From Methanocella sp. (GTDB lineage: Archaea > Thermoproteota > Bathyarchaeia > Bathyarchaeales > Bathycorpusculaceae), in contig JBLNCY010000031.1 of NCBI GenBank assembly GCA_050261115.1, positions 33,503 through 97,502 of the forward strand: a DNA stretch of 64,000 bases, read 5' to 3'. The notes beneath the pieces are model-generated. The model saw only the letters and a program-made list of their open reading frames with translations, had not been told where the DNA came from and did not search any database. This document shows positions 39,262 through 47,969 of the stretch, one piece after another. The position numbers and the translations under genes were made by a program. How positions within the stretch are numbered: the stretch's first letter is position 1; each line of letters begins with the position of its first letter.

Positions 39262-40788
39262 TTGGCTTCTCCCCCCAAAAAAAGAGGATCTTCTGGAAGG
39301 AAAGCGCGTTTGATAAATCATAAGATGCATCTATTACTAGGCTTCAACCCTCCTACACCAGAACCCGTTGCCAGAGACGAACCCGCAAAGAAGCGGAAAC
39401 TACGGTTCACCAAAACCACAAAGATGCTCATCGGAGCTATATTCGTCGTCGCGATTTTGGTTTCATGTTTTAGCTTCTACCCCCAACAACCCCTCGACAC
39501 TAACTCTAGCAACAACTCCACTCCCGACCCCACCGACCAAACAGAACCAACCACTAACCCAACTAACGATGGCGGCAGCAGTACGCAGCCAACACAGGGA
39601 ACCAGCAGCACAAATAAGCCCACCTCTAAACAAGATGGCCCGCGCCCCACACCAGACAGTACACACAAAATTGTAACCAACGCCAAAGGCAACCTCACCA
39701 AAGCAGATTGGAAAAAAGTAGCGGAGTACGCATGGAAGTACTTTGAGTTGTACACTAATTATAAAACGGGGCTTCCGGGGTCAACTGAGGAATTCTCCGC
39801 TTTCACTGACTGGGATTTGGGCGTGTACATCCAAGCGGTCATGGACGCACAGCGCATAGGTTTAATAGGGACAGAGGGAGAGTGGGGAGCCTATTCCCGA
39901 ATAGACAAAATATTAACATTCCTTGAAACCAGGGAACTCAACGCAACCACAGGCTACCCCTACTGGTTCTATACAAGCGACGGCAAAAACTACAAAGAAC
40001 AATCCGACAGAGCCACGGTCACAGTTGACATAGCGGATACGGGTCGTTTGCTGGTTGCACTTAACAATCTTAAGAGCTACAATCGTACTTTATTCGAAAA
40101 TAGGGTCGACAACTTTGTCTATAATAGACTCCCCTATAACAGATCCGACTATGCAGCGCTAATTCCAGGAATTAGAGCCGAGGGTATGGCGTCCGATAAC
40201 ATCTATGCCTACTATGTTTTCGCGGGCTTCGCAAGTTTCTGGCCAAATGAACTCAAGGGAGTAACTGATCAAATCCTTGATAATATACTTAGCAAGCCGA
40301 AATTAAGCTATGGAAACGTCACTCTACCGGAGAGCAAACTTCTCTCTGAGCCACTCTTCTGCTCAGTTTTCGAAATAAGAAATCCCCCCGAAAAACTCTA
40401 TGCAATAGCAGAGAAGGTCTATGCAGCCCACGAAACATATTATAATATGACTGGCCTGTACCGGGCGTTTAGTGAAGGCCCAACAACTGGGACGAACTGG
40501 GTATGGGAGTGGACAGTAAACGGCGACGACGTTTGGGTTGTCTTGCCTGAAGAAATCAGCAATATATCACCGATAATTTATACAAAGACAGCTTTTAGCT
40601 TTTTAGCGCTCTACAACAGACCCTATGCCGTGAACCTCTGCATGTTCCTTGAGGATAAGCTCAGCGTGCCTTCAAGCGGCTACTATAGCGGTATCAGCGA
40701 AGACGGGGTAGGCCTCCAAACTACCAGTCTACATACCAACGGTGTTATCATAACAGCTGCTAGATACGCCTTTGAGCATGTTTCTTAA
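39262..40788 (+). CDS. membrane-anchored DUF3131-like protein
   Basis: TM + Pro/Thr linker; AWKYF, TGLP, TDWDLG, DTGRLL.AL, SEP, AFSEG, TKTAF, HTNG.I. Confidence 0.7.
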   Translation: MASPPKKRGSSGRKARLINHKMHLLLGFNPPTPEPVARDEPAKKRKLRFTKTTKMLIGAIFVVAILVSCFSFYPQQPLDTNSSNNSTPDPTDQTEPTTNPTNDGGSSTQPTQGTSSTNKPTSKQDGPRPTPDSTHKIVTNAKGNLTKADWKKVAEYAWKYFELYTNYKTGLPGSTEEFSAFTDWDLGVYIQAVMDAQRIGLIGTEGEWGAYSRIDKILTFLETRELNATTGYPYWFYTSDGKNYKEQSDRATVTVDIADTGRLLVALNNLKSYNRTLFENRVDNFVYNRLPYNRSDYAALIPGIRAEGMASDNIYAYYVFAGFASFWPNELKGVTDQILDNILSKPKLSYGNVTLPESKLLSEPLFCSVFEIRNPPEKLYAIAEKVYAAHETYYNMTGLYRAFSEGPTTGTNWVWEWTVNGDDVWVVLPEEISNISPIIYTKTAFSFLALYNRPYAVNLCMFLEDKLSVPSSGYYSGISEDGVGLQTTSLHTNGVIITAARYAFEHVS

Positions 40789-40872
40789 CCCCCTTTTTAT
40801 GGGGCGCTCTTTTTACACCTGAAGGGTTTATAACTAAATTAGCGCTTCACTATGGCTGGCAACTGAAGACGA

Positions 40873-42390
40873 ATGATAAAACTAAGAATTGACGTAGACT
40901 ACCCCTATCCCTCAAGAGCAAAAAGCTTCCTATGCGTAGCTCTAAGAATAAAGCAAAAACACACCAGCGACTACCTAAAAAACGCGCGAATCATCGCAGG
41001 AATGATCAATGAATCAAGCCAACCAGTAAAAGCATACTGGTTTTTCACGCCCTACACTATCCCAGACAAAGAATTACTCGAGTTATTAAACTCCGAAAAA
41101 CACGAAGTGGCACTTCACGTTGCAAACAACCCCATAAAAGAATGGAATGTATTAGAAGAAAAGACAGGAAGGAAAGTCCAATACTATACTATCCATGGTA
41201 CCGAGCGGCTTTTTGCCAGGCTATTATGGGGCCGAAAAATCAGCCAAGGACAAGCTATAATCCCCCAAGATTTCCCCTTAATCTCTTTGCATGACTTTCA
41301 CACTATGAGTCTTGACCGGGACCGTTATCTCTACGGTTATGAAACTGCGATAAAAGAGACGCGTGAGTGGATTGAACAAGGCATAGTTATGTCTATGCAT
41401 CCCGAGTGGCTCTTTGCATCCACCAAGAAGACCAAAAGGGGACCCTTTTATGATGTCTTAAAAACCATGTTAGATGTTGATAGGGATTTAGAGAGTCTTA
41501 GCGATCGCAATAAATTCTCTCTTAAGATCGCTCACGACGTCACAGAATACACCAAGAGCGTTAATCCAACTGAGAGTTTTCTCAATAAGCTCCGGCTAAG
41601 AAATATAGACATTTTTGCGTTTCGGGAGCGGAGCTGGTGCTGCCCCATCGCTAACCCGCCGAAAACTTGGATAAAAGAAGAGGATAACGTAGGATTATTG
41701 GATATAAAGGACTATGCGGCATGGTGGAGTAGTATCGGCAAAAAGACCCGAAATCTAGTACGTAAAGCCCAAAAAGAGGGCATAACAGTTTCCGTTGTTC
41801 AGCCCAGTGATAAACTAGCGGAGGGGATATGGAGAATCTACAATGAGACACCAATCCGTCAGGAACGAGCGTTTACTCACTACGGCGAAACACTCCAGAC
41901 GGTGGCTGCCAACATGTATGCAGAAAAGCAATCCACGTTTATCGGCGCCTACCTCGGCGACGAATTGGCAGGGTTTATACAGATACAACACGGAGACAAC
42001 ATCAATATACTCTCGAATATTCTCTCGCTGCAAAAGCACTGGGATAAAGCCGTAAACAACGCGCTCATAGCTAAAGCAGTTGAAGTCTGTGCAAGCAGAG
42101 GCGACCGATGGTTGATGTATGGACGCTTCGGCAATCACCCGTCCCTTGATAGGTTTAAGGGAAACAATGGTTTTAAAAAGTTCCCGATAAACCGGTACTA
42201 CATTGCCTTGACATACAAGGGGCGGTTGGCAATCAAACTGAGGCTGCATAAAGAAACAAAAGATGCCTTACCAGACTCAATTAAGTACAGAATTCTTCCA
42301 GTATTCAATTGGATAAGCCGAACCAAAATTAAACTGAAGCTTTGGTTAAAACAGAAAAAGCCTCTGCCAAGCGAGCAGCAGAAATCTTGA
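40873..42390 (+). CDS. polysaccharide-deacetylase-like + FemAB/GNAT-like fusion
   Basis: N-half LRIDVD, EVALH, TIHG, MHPEW; C-half KKTRNLVRKAQKEG, NNALI, SLDRFK.NNGF. Confidence 0.65.
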   Translation: MIKLRIDVDYPYPSRAKSFLCVALRIKQKHTSDYLKNARIIAGMINESSQPVKAYWFFTPYTIPDKELLELLNSEKHEVALHVANNPIKEWNVLEEKTGRKVQYYTIHGTERLFARLLWGRKISQGQAIIPQDFPLISLHDFHTMSLDRDRYLYGYETAIKETREWIEQGIVMSMHPEWLFASTKKTKRGPFYDVLKTMLDVDRDLESLSDRNKFSLKIAHDVTEYTKSVNPTESFLNKLRLRNIDIFAFRERSWCCPIANPPKTWIKEEDNVGLLDIKDYAAWWSSIGKKTRNLVRKAQKEGITVSVVQPSDKLAEGIWRIYNETPIRQERAFTHYGETLQTVAANMYAEKQSTFIGAYLGDELAGFIQIQHGDNINILSNILSLQKHWDKAVNNALIAKAVEVCASRGDRWLMYGRFGNHPSLDRFKGNNGFKKFPINRYYIALTYKGRLAIKLRLHKETKDALPDSIKYRILPVFNWISRTKIKLKLWLKQKKPLPSEQQKS

Positions 42391-42432
42391 TTAATTCCAA
42401 AAAACGATACTTTCTGTTAAGCTGGATATTTC

Positions 42433-43566
42433 ATGGCAAAATTCCTCGTTGTACACCCTTACCTTGACATTTATGGCGGCGGAGAAAGGGTCTGCCACCA
42501 CATAATCAAAGCACTCAACAACCATGGTCAGCGGGTGGAACTGTTAACTTTTGATTTTGACGAGGATAAATACGCAAGTATAATGGGTGAAAAGCTGCCA
42601 GATGGCATTACTGTGCGTATGTTGGGTAAACGGGAGACTGTTGAGGCTAAGCCGCCATTGTCGGTGTATAAGCGGCGCCGGAAAATCGTAAAACTACTCA
42701 ACACCTACAAAGCTACCGCGAGATATGACTATACGTTTAGCACTCAGACGCTTTCTGCCTTTGAAACCACGCTCTTTAGTAGGGCGAAGAAAAATTTTGC
42801 CTACGTGCACTTCCCAGAAATCCCCTATGACTATGAGCACGCTAAAAAATCTAAACGGATGTACCTGTGGCTGTACAAGAAACTCCTTGAAAGACACCTA
42901 AACGAGTTAGACTTGGTTTTCTGCAACAGCAACTACACCAAGGATATGACAGAAAAATACTGGAGCAAATTCGGCATCAAAAACGCAGTTATTGCCTACC
43001 CACCTGTAGAAAATGTGTTCTGGTCAAACAAACCGCTATCCGAGCGAACTAATCGGGTCTTGTATGTAGCGCGGTTCGTTCCCGGGAAACGGCATGAAAT
43101 CCTAAAGCAATTAGCCACTAACTTCCCAAATCTTGAGTTCGTTAGCGCAGGTCTGCTGCGTGATAGCGATCAAGGCTGGTTTAAAAATTTCTCAAAAGAC
43201 CTCCCCGCAAATTATCATCTCAAACCAAACCTCAGCGAAGCCGAACTAATCGAGCTGTTCCAAGACTCCACTATCTACTGCCATCTTATGCAAGGCGAAC
43301 ATTTCGGCATCGCCCCGATGGAAGCACTAGCAAGTGGTTGTATAACCATAGTGCATGACAGCGGTGGAAGCGGAGAATTTATTCCCAAAGAGTTTCGATG
43401 GACAACCTTTGAAGACCTTAAAGCAGCTATCGCTAAACTTCACTCATCAGACGCTTTTGCTTCTTGGGAAAAGCGGAAAGATGAACTGCGGGCAAAAATT
43501 TCAGTGTTGCGACCCGAAAAGTTTCAAGATATTGTTTGGTCATATGTCAGCAAACATATTGAATAA
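42433..43566 (+). CDS. GT4 glycosyltransferase, paralog of 38039..39166
   Basis: Same motif set (YLDIYGGGERVCH, YVHFPEI, CNSNYTK, EHFGIAPME). Confidence 0.88.
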   Translation: MAKFLVVHPYLDIYGGGERVCHHIIKALNNHGQRVELLTFDFDEDKYASIMGEKLPDGITVRMLGKRETVEAKPPLSVYKRRRKIVKLLNTYKATARYDYTFSTQTLSAFETTLFSRAKKNFAYVHFPEIPYDYEHAKKSKRMYLWLYKKLLERHLNELDLVFCNSNYTKDMTEKYWSKFGIKNAVIAYPPVENVFWSNKPLSERTNRVLYVARFVPGKRHEILKQLATNFPNLEFVSAGLLRDSDQGWFKNFSKDLPANYHLKPNLSEAELIELFQDSTIYCHLMQGEHFGIAPMEALASGCITIVHDSGGSGEFIPKEFRWTTFEDLKAAIAKLHSSDAFASWEKRKDELRAKISVLRPEKFQDIVWSYVSKHIE

Positions 43567-43585
43567 CAAAAAAACCCCGTTACTG

Positions 43586-44677
43586 TTATTTTAGGAGTTC
43601 TTTATAGATTTTCCAATACTTTTCCGCTTGATTAAACCAGCTATAGTTTAAGGCGAGTGCGCGACTTTTAATAGCCATTTCCCCTAGCCGGCTATCGTCA
43701 TTAATGATTAGGTCGATTTTTTCCTGATAGTTCACGGGGTTGTCGTCATTTATTACAAAGCCTTGGACGCCGTCTTTGATTATTTCACCCATGTTTGACT
43801 CTTCTGAGACTATGATTGGCAACCCACAAGCAAGCGCTTCCAATGGAGCCAACGGGAACCCCTCATAGACAGTTGGAAAAATCAGTACATCAGCTGCACT
43901 ATATGCGGCGATTAAGTCCTGCTCAGGTATTTTTCCCAAAAAAACGGTTTTTTCTGTGTTTTTTCCGTTGATACCAACGACTAGAAGTTTTGAGCATTTG
44001 GATATAGATACAGCTTTAATTGCCATTGAAAGTCGCTTTCTCTGAGGGTTGCTGCCTACCCATAAGGCATATTTCTGGTTGGGGGAGAGCGAAAGTCGTT
44101 TTCGCGCCTGCTGCTTATCCATGGGAGTAAACTTTTCTGTGTTAACCCCATTATGGATCACTCTTATTTTTTTAGCTGGGCAACCATAATATTGGATAAG
44201 CTCCTTCTTTACGGCCTCTGAGCATGCGACGGCAAGATCGCATCTGGATGCGGCTATTTTCTCGGTATATACATGGGGAATCTTTCTTGGGTCAGATGAG
44301 TCCTGTAATACTTTTACAATAGTGCCATGAAAAGTCATTAGAAACGGGGTTTTATCCCTAAATAGGGCAGTGAAGACACAGTTATCCCCATGTCCATGAA
44401 TTAGGTCATAAGGCCCATACTGTTTTGTTTTTCTCCAAACTCTGAGGTTATACTCGTATTTTCCATAATGCGGAATTCCAAATCCATGAGGTATAAAAGA
44501 GTAGTCGCGAACGCCAATTAGTCTACACCTACGCTCTTGCTCTATAAAGTCTTGGTTGCTCCGAGCAAAAACATCTACCTCTGCATTGTGTGCACCTGAG
44601 TACTTACTCAATTCGGCGACGACACTTTCGACTCCACCAGGAAATTTGGCTAGCCCTGAAACCATGCACACTTTCAT
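43586..44677 (-). CDS. GT4 glycosyltransferase
   Basis: GGVE, TFHG, VIHNGV, YEGFPLAPLEALACG. Confidence 0.9.
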   Translation of the reverse strand: MKVCMVSGLAKFPGGVESVVAELSKYSGAHNAEVDVFARSNQDFIEQERRCRLIGVRDYSFIPHGFGIPHYGKYEYNLRVWRKTKQYGPYDLIHGHGDNCVFTALFRDKTPFLMTFHGTIVKVLQDSSDPRKIPHVYTEKIAASRCDLAVACSEAVKKELIQYYGCPAKKIRVIHNGVNTEKFTPMDKQQARKRLSLSPNQKYALWVGSNPQRKRLSMAIKAVSISKCSKLLVVGINGKNTEKTVFLGKIPEQDLIAAYSAADVLIFPTVYEGFPLAPLEALACGLPIIVSEESNMGEIIKDGVQGFVINDDNPVNYQEKIDLIINDDSRLGEMAIKSRALALNYSWFNQAEKYWKIYKELLK

Positions 44678-44813
44678 GTTCTCACATAATCCGTTAACAT
44701 GTAATTCCTAGAATGCTTCGAAGGGTTCTGCATCATCTGACATATCCTTGGCGTTGGCGCTCCTTGTACATTGTTTTCTCTATTAATAGCTGCTATGGCG
44801 CTCAGGTTTTAAT

Positions 44814-45875
44814 CTACTGCAATATTTTTTCTAAATCAGCCCGAGGCGAATACCTCGAGCCTACCTTTTTATGAATCAACCATTTTAGACCCAGCATCTC
44901 TGCCATAAATTTGTTTTTAAGCTTGCTTATACGTGCAACGTCTTTGCTTAGGCAAATACTCTTGATGTCTATGGTGGTCTCGATTGCTAACAGAACAAGA
45001 CGGTGCATCAGGGATAGCCCGCGTTCAGTATCGTAGAGTCTGTAGAATAGAAGTCTATCTTCGGTGTAGAGTAGCGCTTCCTTTTTTGCCTCTTTGATGT
45101 TTCTTGACAAGGATTGCCCATGATGTACATGGTAAGCTTTAATCTCTGAGTTAAAAAGTACGTTATACCCCTTTTTCCACAGATACCACCCTAAGTATTG
45201 CTCAAATGTTAGACCTAAAATCCATGAGTCGGGGAACCTAAATCCTTTAGCAGCGTCGGCCAAAATAGACATGTTTGCGCCTTTGGCAAGAAGCGAGTTT
45301 ACGGGTTGGCTAAGCGCCCGATTTGCAACCTGGAAGTGAAAGGAGACAAATCCAGCTTTCGACAAATAAAAAAGATAATCATCCAATCCATTTATGGGAC
45401 GGTTACAAAGTTTCCATATAAAGGCATTTTCCGAATAATATTTTTTATTTACTTCCAGGATTTCTGATGAGGCGCCTTTGATTTGGCAGAGTTTGTTATC
45501 CTTGATGGTGACTGGTATAACATCGCCAGCAACTCCGCCCACTCCAGCTGTCCTGTAAGCCATGATGTATGCGGATATCAGGTCAGGCAAGGGCACTGCA
45601 TCGTCATCAAGAAAAACGAGTATTTTTCCTCGTGCATGCATTAATCCAAGATTTAAAGCATCGACCACATAGCCCTGGTTCTGTTTAACTACTTTTATTG
45701 CAAGTTTCTCACTGTACTCTTTGATTACTTCCTCAGTTGTGTCTCCACTTGGTTTTACTATCATTAACACTTCGAAGTCTTTGCTGGTTTGATTGGTTAA
45801 TGCTTCTAAAATAAACGTTAGCAGGTGTCCACGTCTGTATGTGGGTATGATAACGGATACTGTCGGTGTCTTCAT
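44814..45875 (-). CDS. GT2 glycosyltransferase
   Basis: VSVIIPTYRR, LNLGL, FLDDDA, GANMS. Confidence 0.9.
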   Translation of the reverse strand: MKTPTVSVIIPTYRRGHLLTFILEALTNQTSKDFEVLMIVKPSGDTTEEVIKEYSEKLAIKVVKQNQGYVVDALNLGLMHARGKILVFLDDDAVPLPDLISAYIMAYRTAGVGGVAGDVIPVTIKDNKLCQIKGASSEILEVNKKYYSENAFIWKLCNRPINGLDDYLFYLSKAGFVSFHFQVANRALSQPVNSLLAKGANMSILADAAKGFRFPDSWILGLTFEQYLGWYLWKKGYNVLFNSEIKAYHVHHGQSLSRNIKEAKKEALLYTEDRLLFYRLYDTERGLSLMHRLVLLAIETTIDIKSICLSKDVARISKLKNKFMAEMLGLKWLIHKKVGSRYSPRADLEKILQ

Positions 45876-45966
45876 TATCGGTATCTCTTTATTCAGGGTG
45901 CCGTTTGGGTGTTTGTTGCTTTGGGTATTTAGGGTTATCTTGTAATCCTCAAGTAAGCGACTGAAA

Positions 45967-46236
45967 TTAAAGCAAGAGCTTAATGAGAAAATCCATTAGT
46001 TCAGTTTTGGTTTTGAATCCTCGAAAAATGGCTTTGCCACTAGTGTAGAGCCGAAAAGAGACCCCCTCAAACGTCAACTCAAAGATGATGCCCGCGACCG
46101 AATTCTTCAAAGTCGCCCGCTTCATAATGGTGGCTATGGCTTCATCCTTCCGCTCATACTTAAAATTCACTATAACGTCGTTTTCGGCTCCGCAGGTTCC
46201 CTCGATACGTGAAACGTAATCAGCTACGGTTGACAT
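45967..46236 (-). CDS. small hypothetical protein, last gene of the Fe-S operon
   Basis: TAATG overlap with sufS; GTCG and FRLYTSGKAIFRG. Confidence 0.7.
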   Translation of the reverse strand: MSTVADYVSRIEGTCGAENDVIVNFKYERKDEAIATIMKRATLKNSVAGIIFELTFEGVSFRLYTSGKAIFRGFKTKTELMDFLIKLLL

Positions 46237-47462
46237 TAGAGTTTATCTAACTCTCCTAGGATGTCTATGAATCGGTCTATTTCTTCTTTTGTATTGTAGA
46301 GATAAAAGCTTGCCCGCGCCGAAGAAGATATCTTGAAAATTTCATGAAGGGGTTGTGCGCAGTGGTAGCCACTTCGAAGCATTATGCCATAGTTGTCAAA
46401 GAACAAAGCGGTATCGTGGCTGGATAGGCCTTTGATGCTGAAGGGTATGATTCCACATTTTTTAGAAAGATCCCTTGGCCCATATATGGTAACTTTTTCG
46501 CATTGCATCATGCGCTGGGTCGCGTATGCGGTAAGTTCTTTTTCGTGATTGAAAATGTTTTCCATACCTATTGCTTCGAGGTATTTTATGGCTGCTCTTA
46601 GCGCGATTACCCCACAAATGTTTGGTGTGCCTGCCTCAAACTTGTAGGGTAACCCATTCCAAGAAATGCCGCATCTACCACTCTGGAGGGAGACTTCACG
46701 GATCATTTCGCCGCCGCCTTGGAAGGGAGCCATTTTCTGCAGGAGGTCTCTCTTGCCGTAGAGAACCCCTATTCCCGTGGGGCCAAGCATTTTATGGCCC
46801 GAAAAAGCCAAAAAGTCAGCATCGAGGTTTTGTACGTCGATTTTCATGTGGGGCACCGATTGGGCGCCGTCGACAAGCATCAGTGCACCGTTGTCGTGGG
46901 CTGCTTTTGCTATGCGTTTAACGTTGTTTATGGCGCCTGTGACGTTTGAGACTTGGCTTAGGCAGCAGAGTTTTGTGTTTTTGGTGATTTTGTTTTCGTA
47001 GTCGTCGTAGTCGAGGGTTCCGTCGTCGTTGACTTTGGCGTATTTTATTGTGAAGCCTTTGATTTTAGAGACGATTTCCCAGGGTACAATGTTGCTGTGA
47101 TGCTCCAGTACAGAGGTAAGTACCTCGTCGTCTTTGCTAAGGTTAGCTAACCCCCAAGAGTAGGCGACAAGGTTGATGGCTTCGGTTGTGCCCCGAACAA
47201 AAATGACTTCTTCGGGTGATTTGGCGTTGATAAAGTCGACTGTGCATTCTCTGCCCCGCTCATAGAGGTCGGTTGCTTCGGCGCTGAGGGTGTGGACACC
47301 TCGGTGGACGTTACCGTTGTGGTTCTCGTAGTAGTCAGTTATGGCATCGATGACTTGGCGGGGTTTTTGGGTGGTGGCCGCGTTGTCAAAGTAGATGAGG
47401 GGGTAGCCATTTATTTTCCGCTGCAGGATGGGGAAGTCTTGGCGCAGGGCTTGGAGGTTTAT
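46236..47462 (-). CDS. sufS: class II cysteine desulfurase SufS, probable ATA start
   Basis: Open frame of 408 sense codons: (I)NLQALRQDFPIL..YFDNAATTQKP..EHHSN..DGAQ..SGHKM..EAGT..RSGYHCAQP..RASF. The ORF track truncates it at ATG 46880. Confidence 0.92.
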   Translation of the reverse strand: MNLQALRQDFPILQRKINGYPLIYFDNAATTQKPRQVIDAITDYYENHNGNVHRGVHTLSAEATDLYERGRECTVDFINAKSPEEVIFVRGTTEAINLVAYSWGLANLSKDDEVLTSVLEHHSNIVPWEIVSKIKGFTIKYAKVNDDGTLDYDDYENKITKNTKLCCLSQVSNVTGAINNVKRIAKAAHDNGALMLVDGAQSVPHMKIDVQNLDADFLAFSGHKMLGPTGIGVLYGKRDLLQKMAPFQGGGEMIREVSLQSGRCGISWNGLPYKFEAGTPNICGVIALRAAIKYLEAIGMENIFNHEKELTAYATQRMMQCEKVTIYGPRDLSKKCGIIPFSIKGLSSHDTALFFDNYGIMLRSGYHCAQPLHEIFKISSSARASFYLYNTKEEIDRFIDILGELDKL

Positions 47463-47968
47463 TGTTTTTCTGCCTCAGCTTTCATCTTCTTTGAGAGTTT
47501 TTGCGCCAACTCTTCCTCTTCAAGCGCTTGTTTTTCTTCAAAGGTGTGTTCTTTGCTGAGCCAACTTGGGAACTCTGCGCCCTTTTGAGTGAAGTATTGG
47601 CGTATGGCACGTTTTAGAGCGCCCACTGCTAGAACACCGCAGTGGAATTTTACGCTGGGTAAGCCGCCGATTTCTTCGGTAACTTTTTGCCAGGTAACGT
47701 TTTTCCAAGCATCCTCTAGGGTTAGGCCTTTGATCATTTCGGTGACTATGCTAGAAGTGGCTATGTTGGCGGCACAGCCGTAGCTTTCAAACTGGGCTTT
47801 TTCGATGATTTGTTGGTCGTTGATTTTTAAGTAGAAGGTGATCATGTCGCCGCATGCAGGGTTGCCTGCGACCGCGACGACGGTTGCATCTTCCATTTTA
47901 CCCAGGTTCTTGGGGTTTCGAAATAGATCCATGACTTTGGGGTTATACGGTAAGGGTATACGTGACAT
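47459..47968 (-). CDS. iscU: Fe-S scaffold IscU/NifU-N
   Basis: FRNPKNLG, GNPACGD, YGCAA, KFHC. Start ATG 47968. Confidence 0.92.
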   Translation of the reverse strand: MSRIPLPYNPKVMDLFRNPKNLGKMEDATVVAVAGNPACGDMITFYLKINDQQIIEKAQFESYGCAANIATSSIVTEMIKGLTLEDAWKNVTWQKVTEEIGGLPSVKFHCGVLAVGALKRAIRQYFTQKGAEFPSWLSKEHTFEEKQALEEEELAQKLSKKMKAEAEKQ

Positions 47969-47969
47969 T

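Noticed and set aside
46880-47462. sufS as a frameshifted or truncated pseudogene
   Set aside because: Hand translation shows an uninterrupted frame; only the start codon is unusual.
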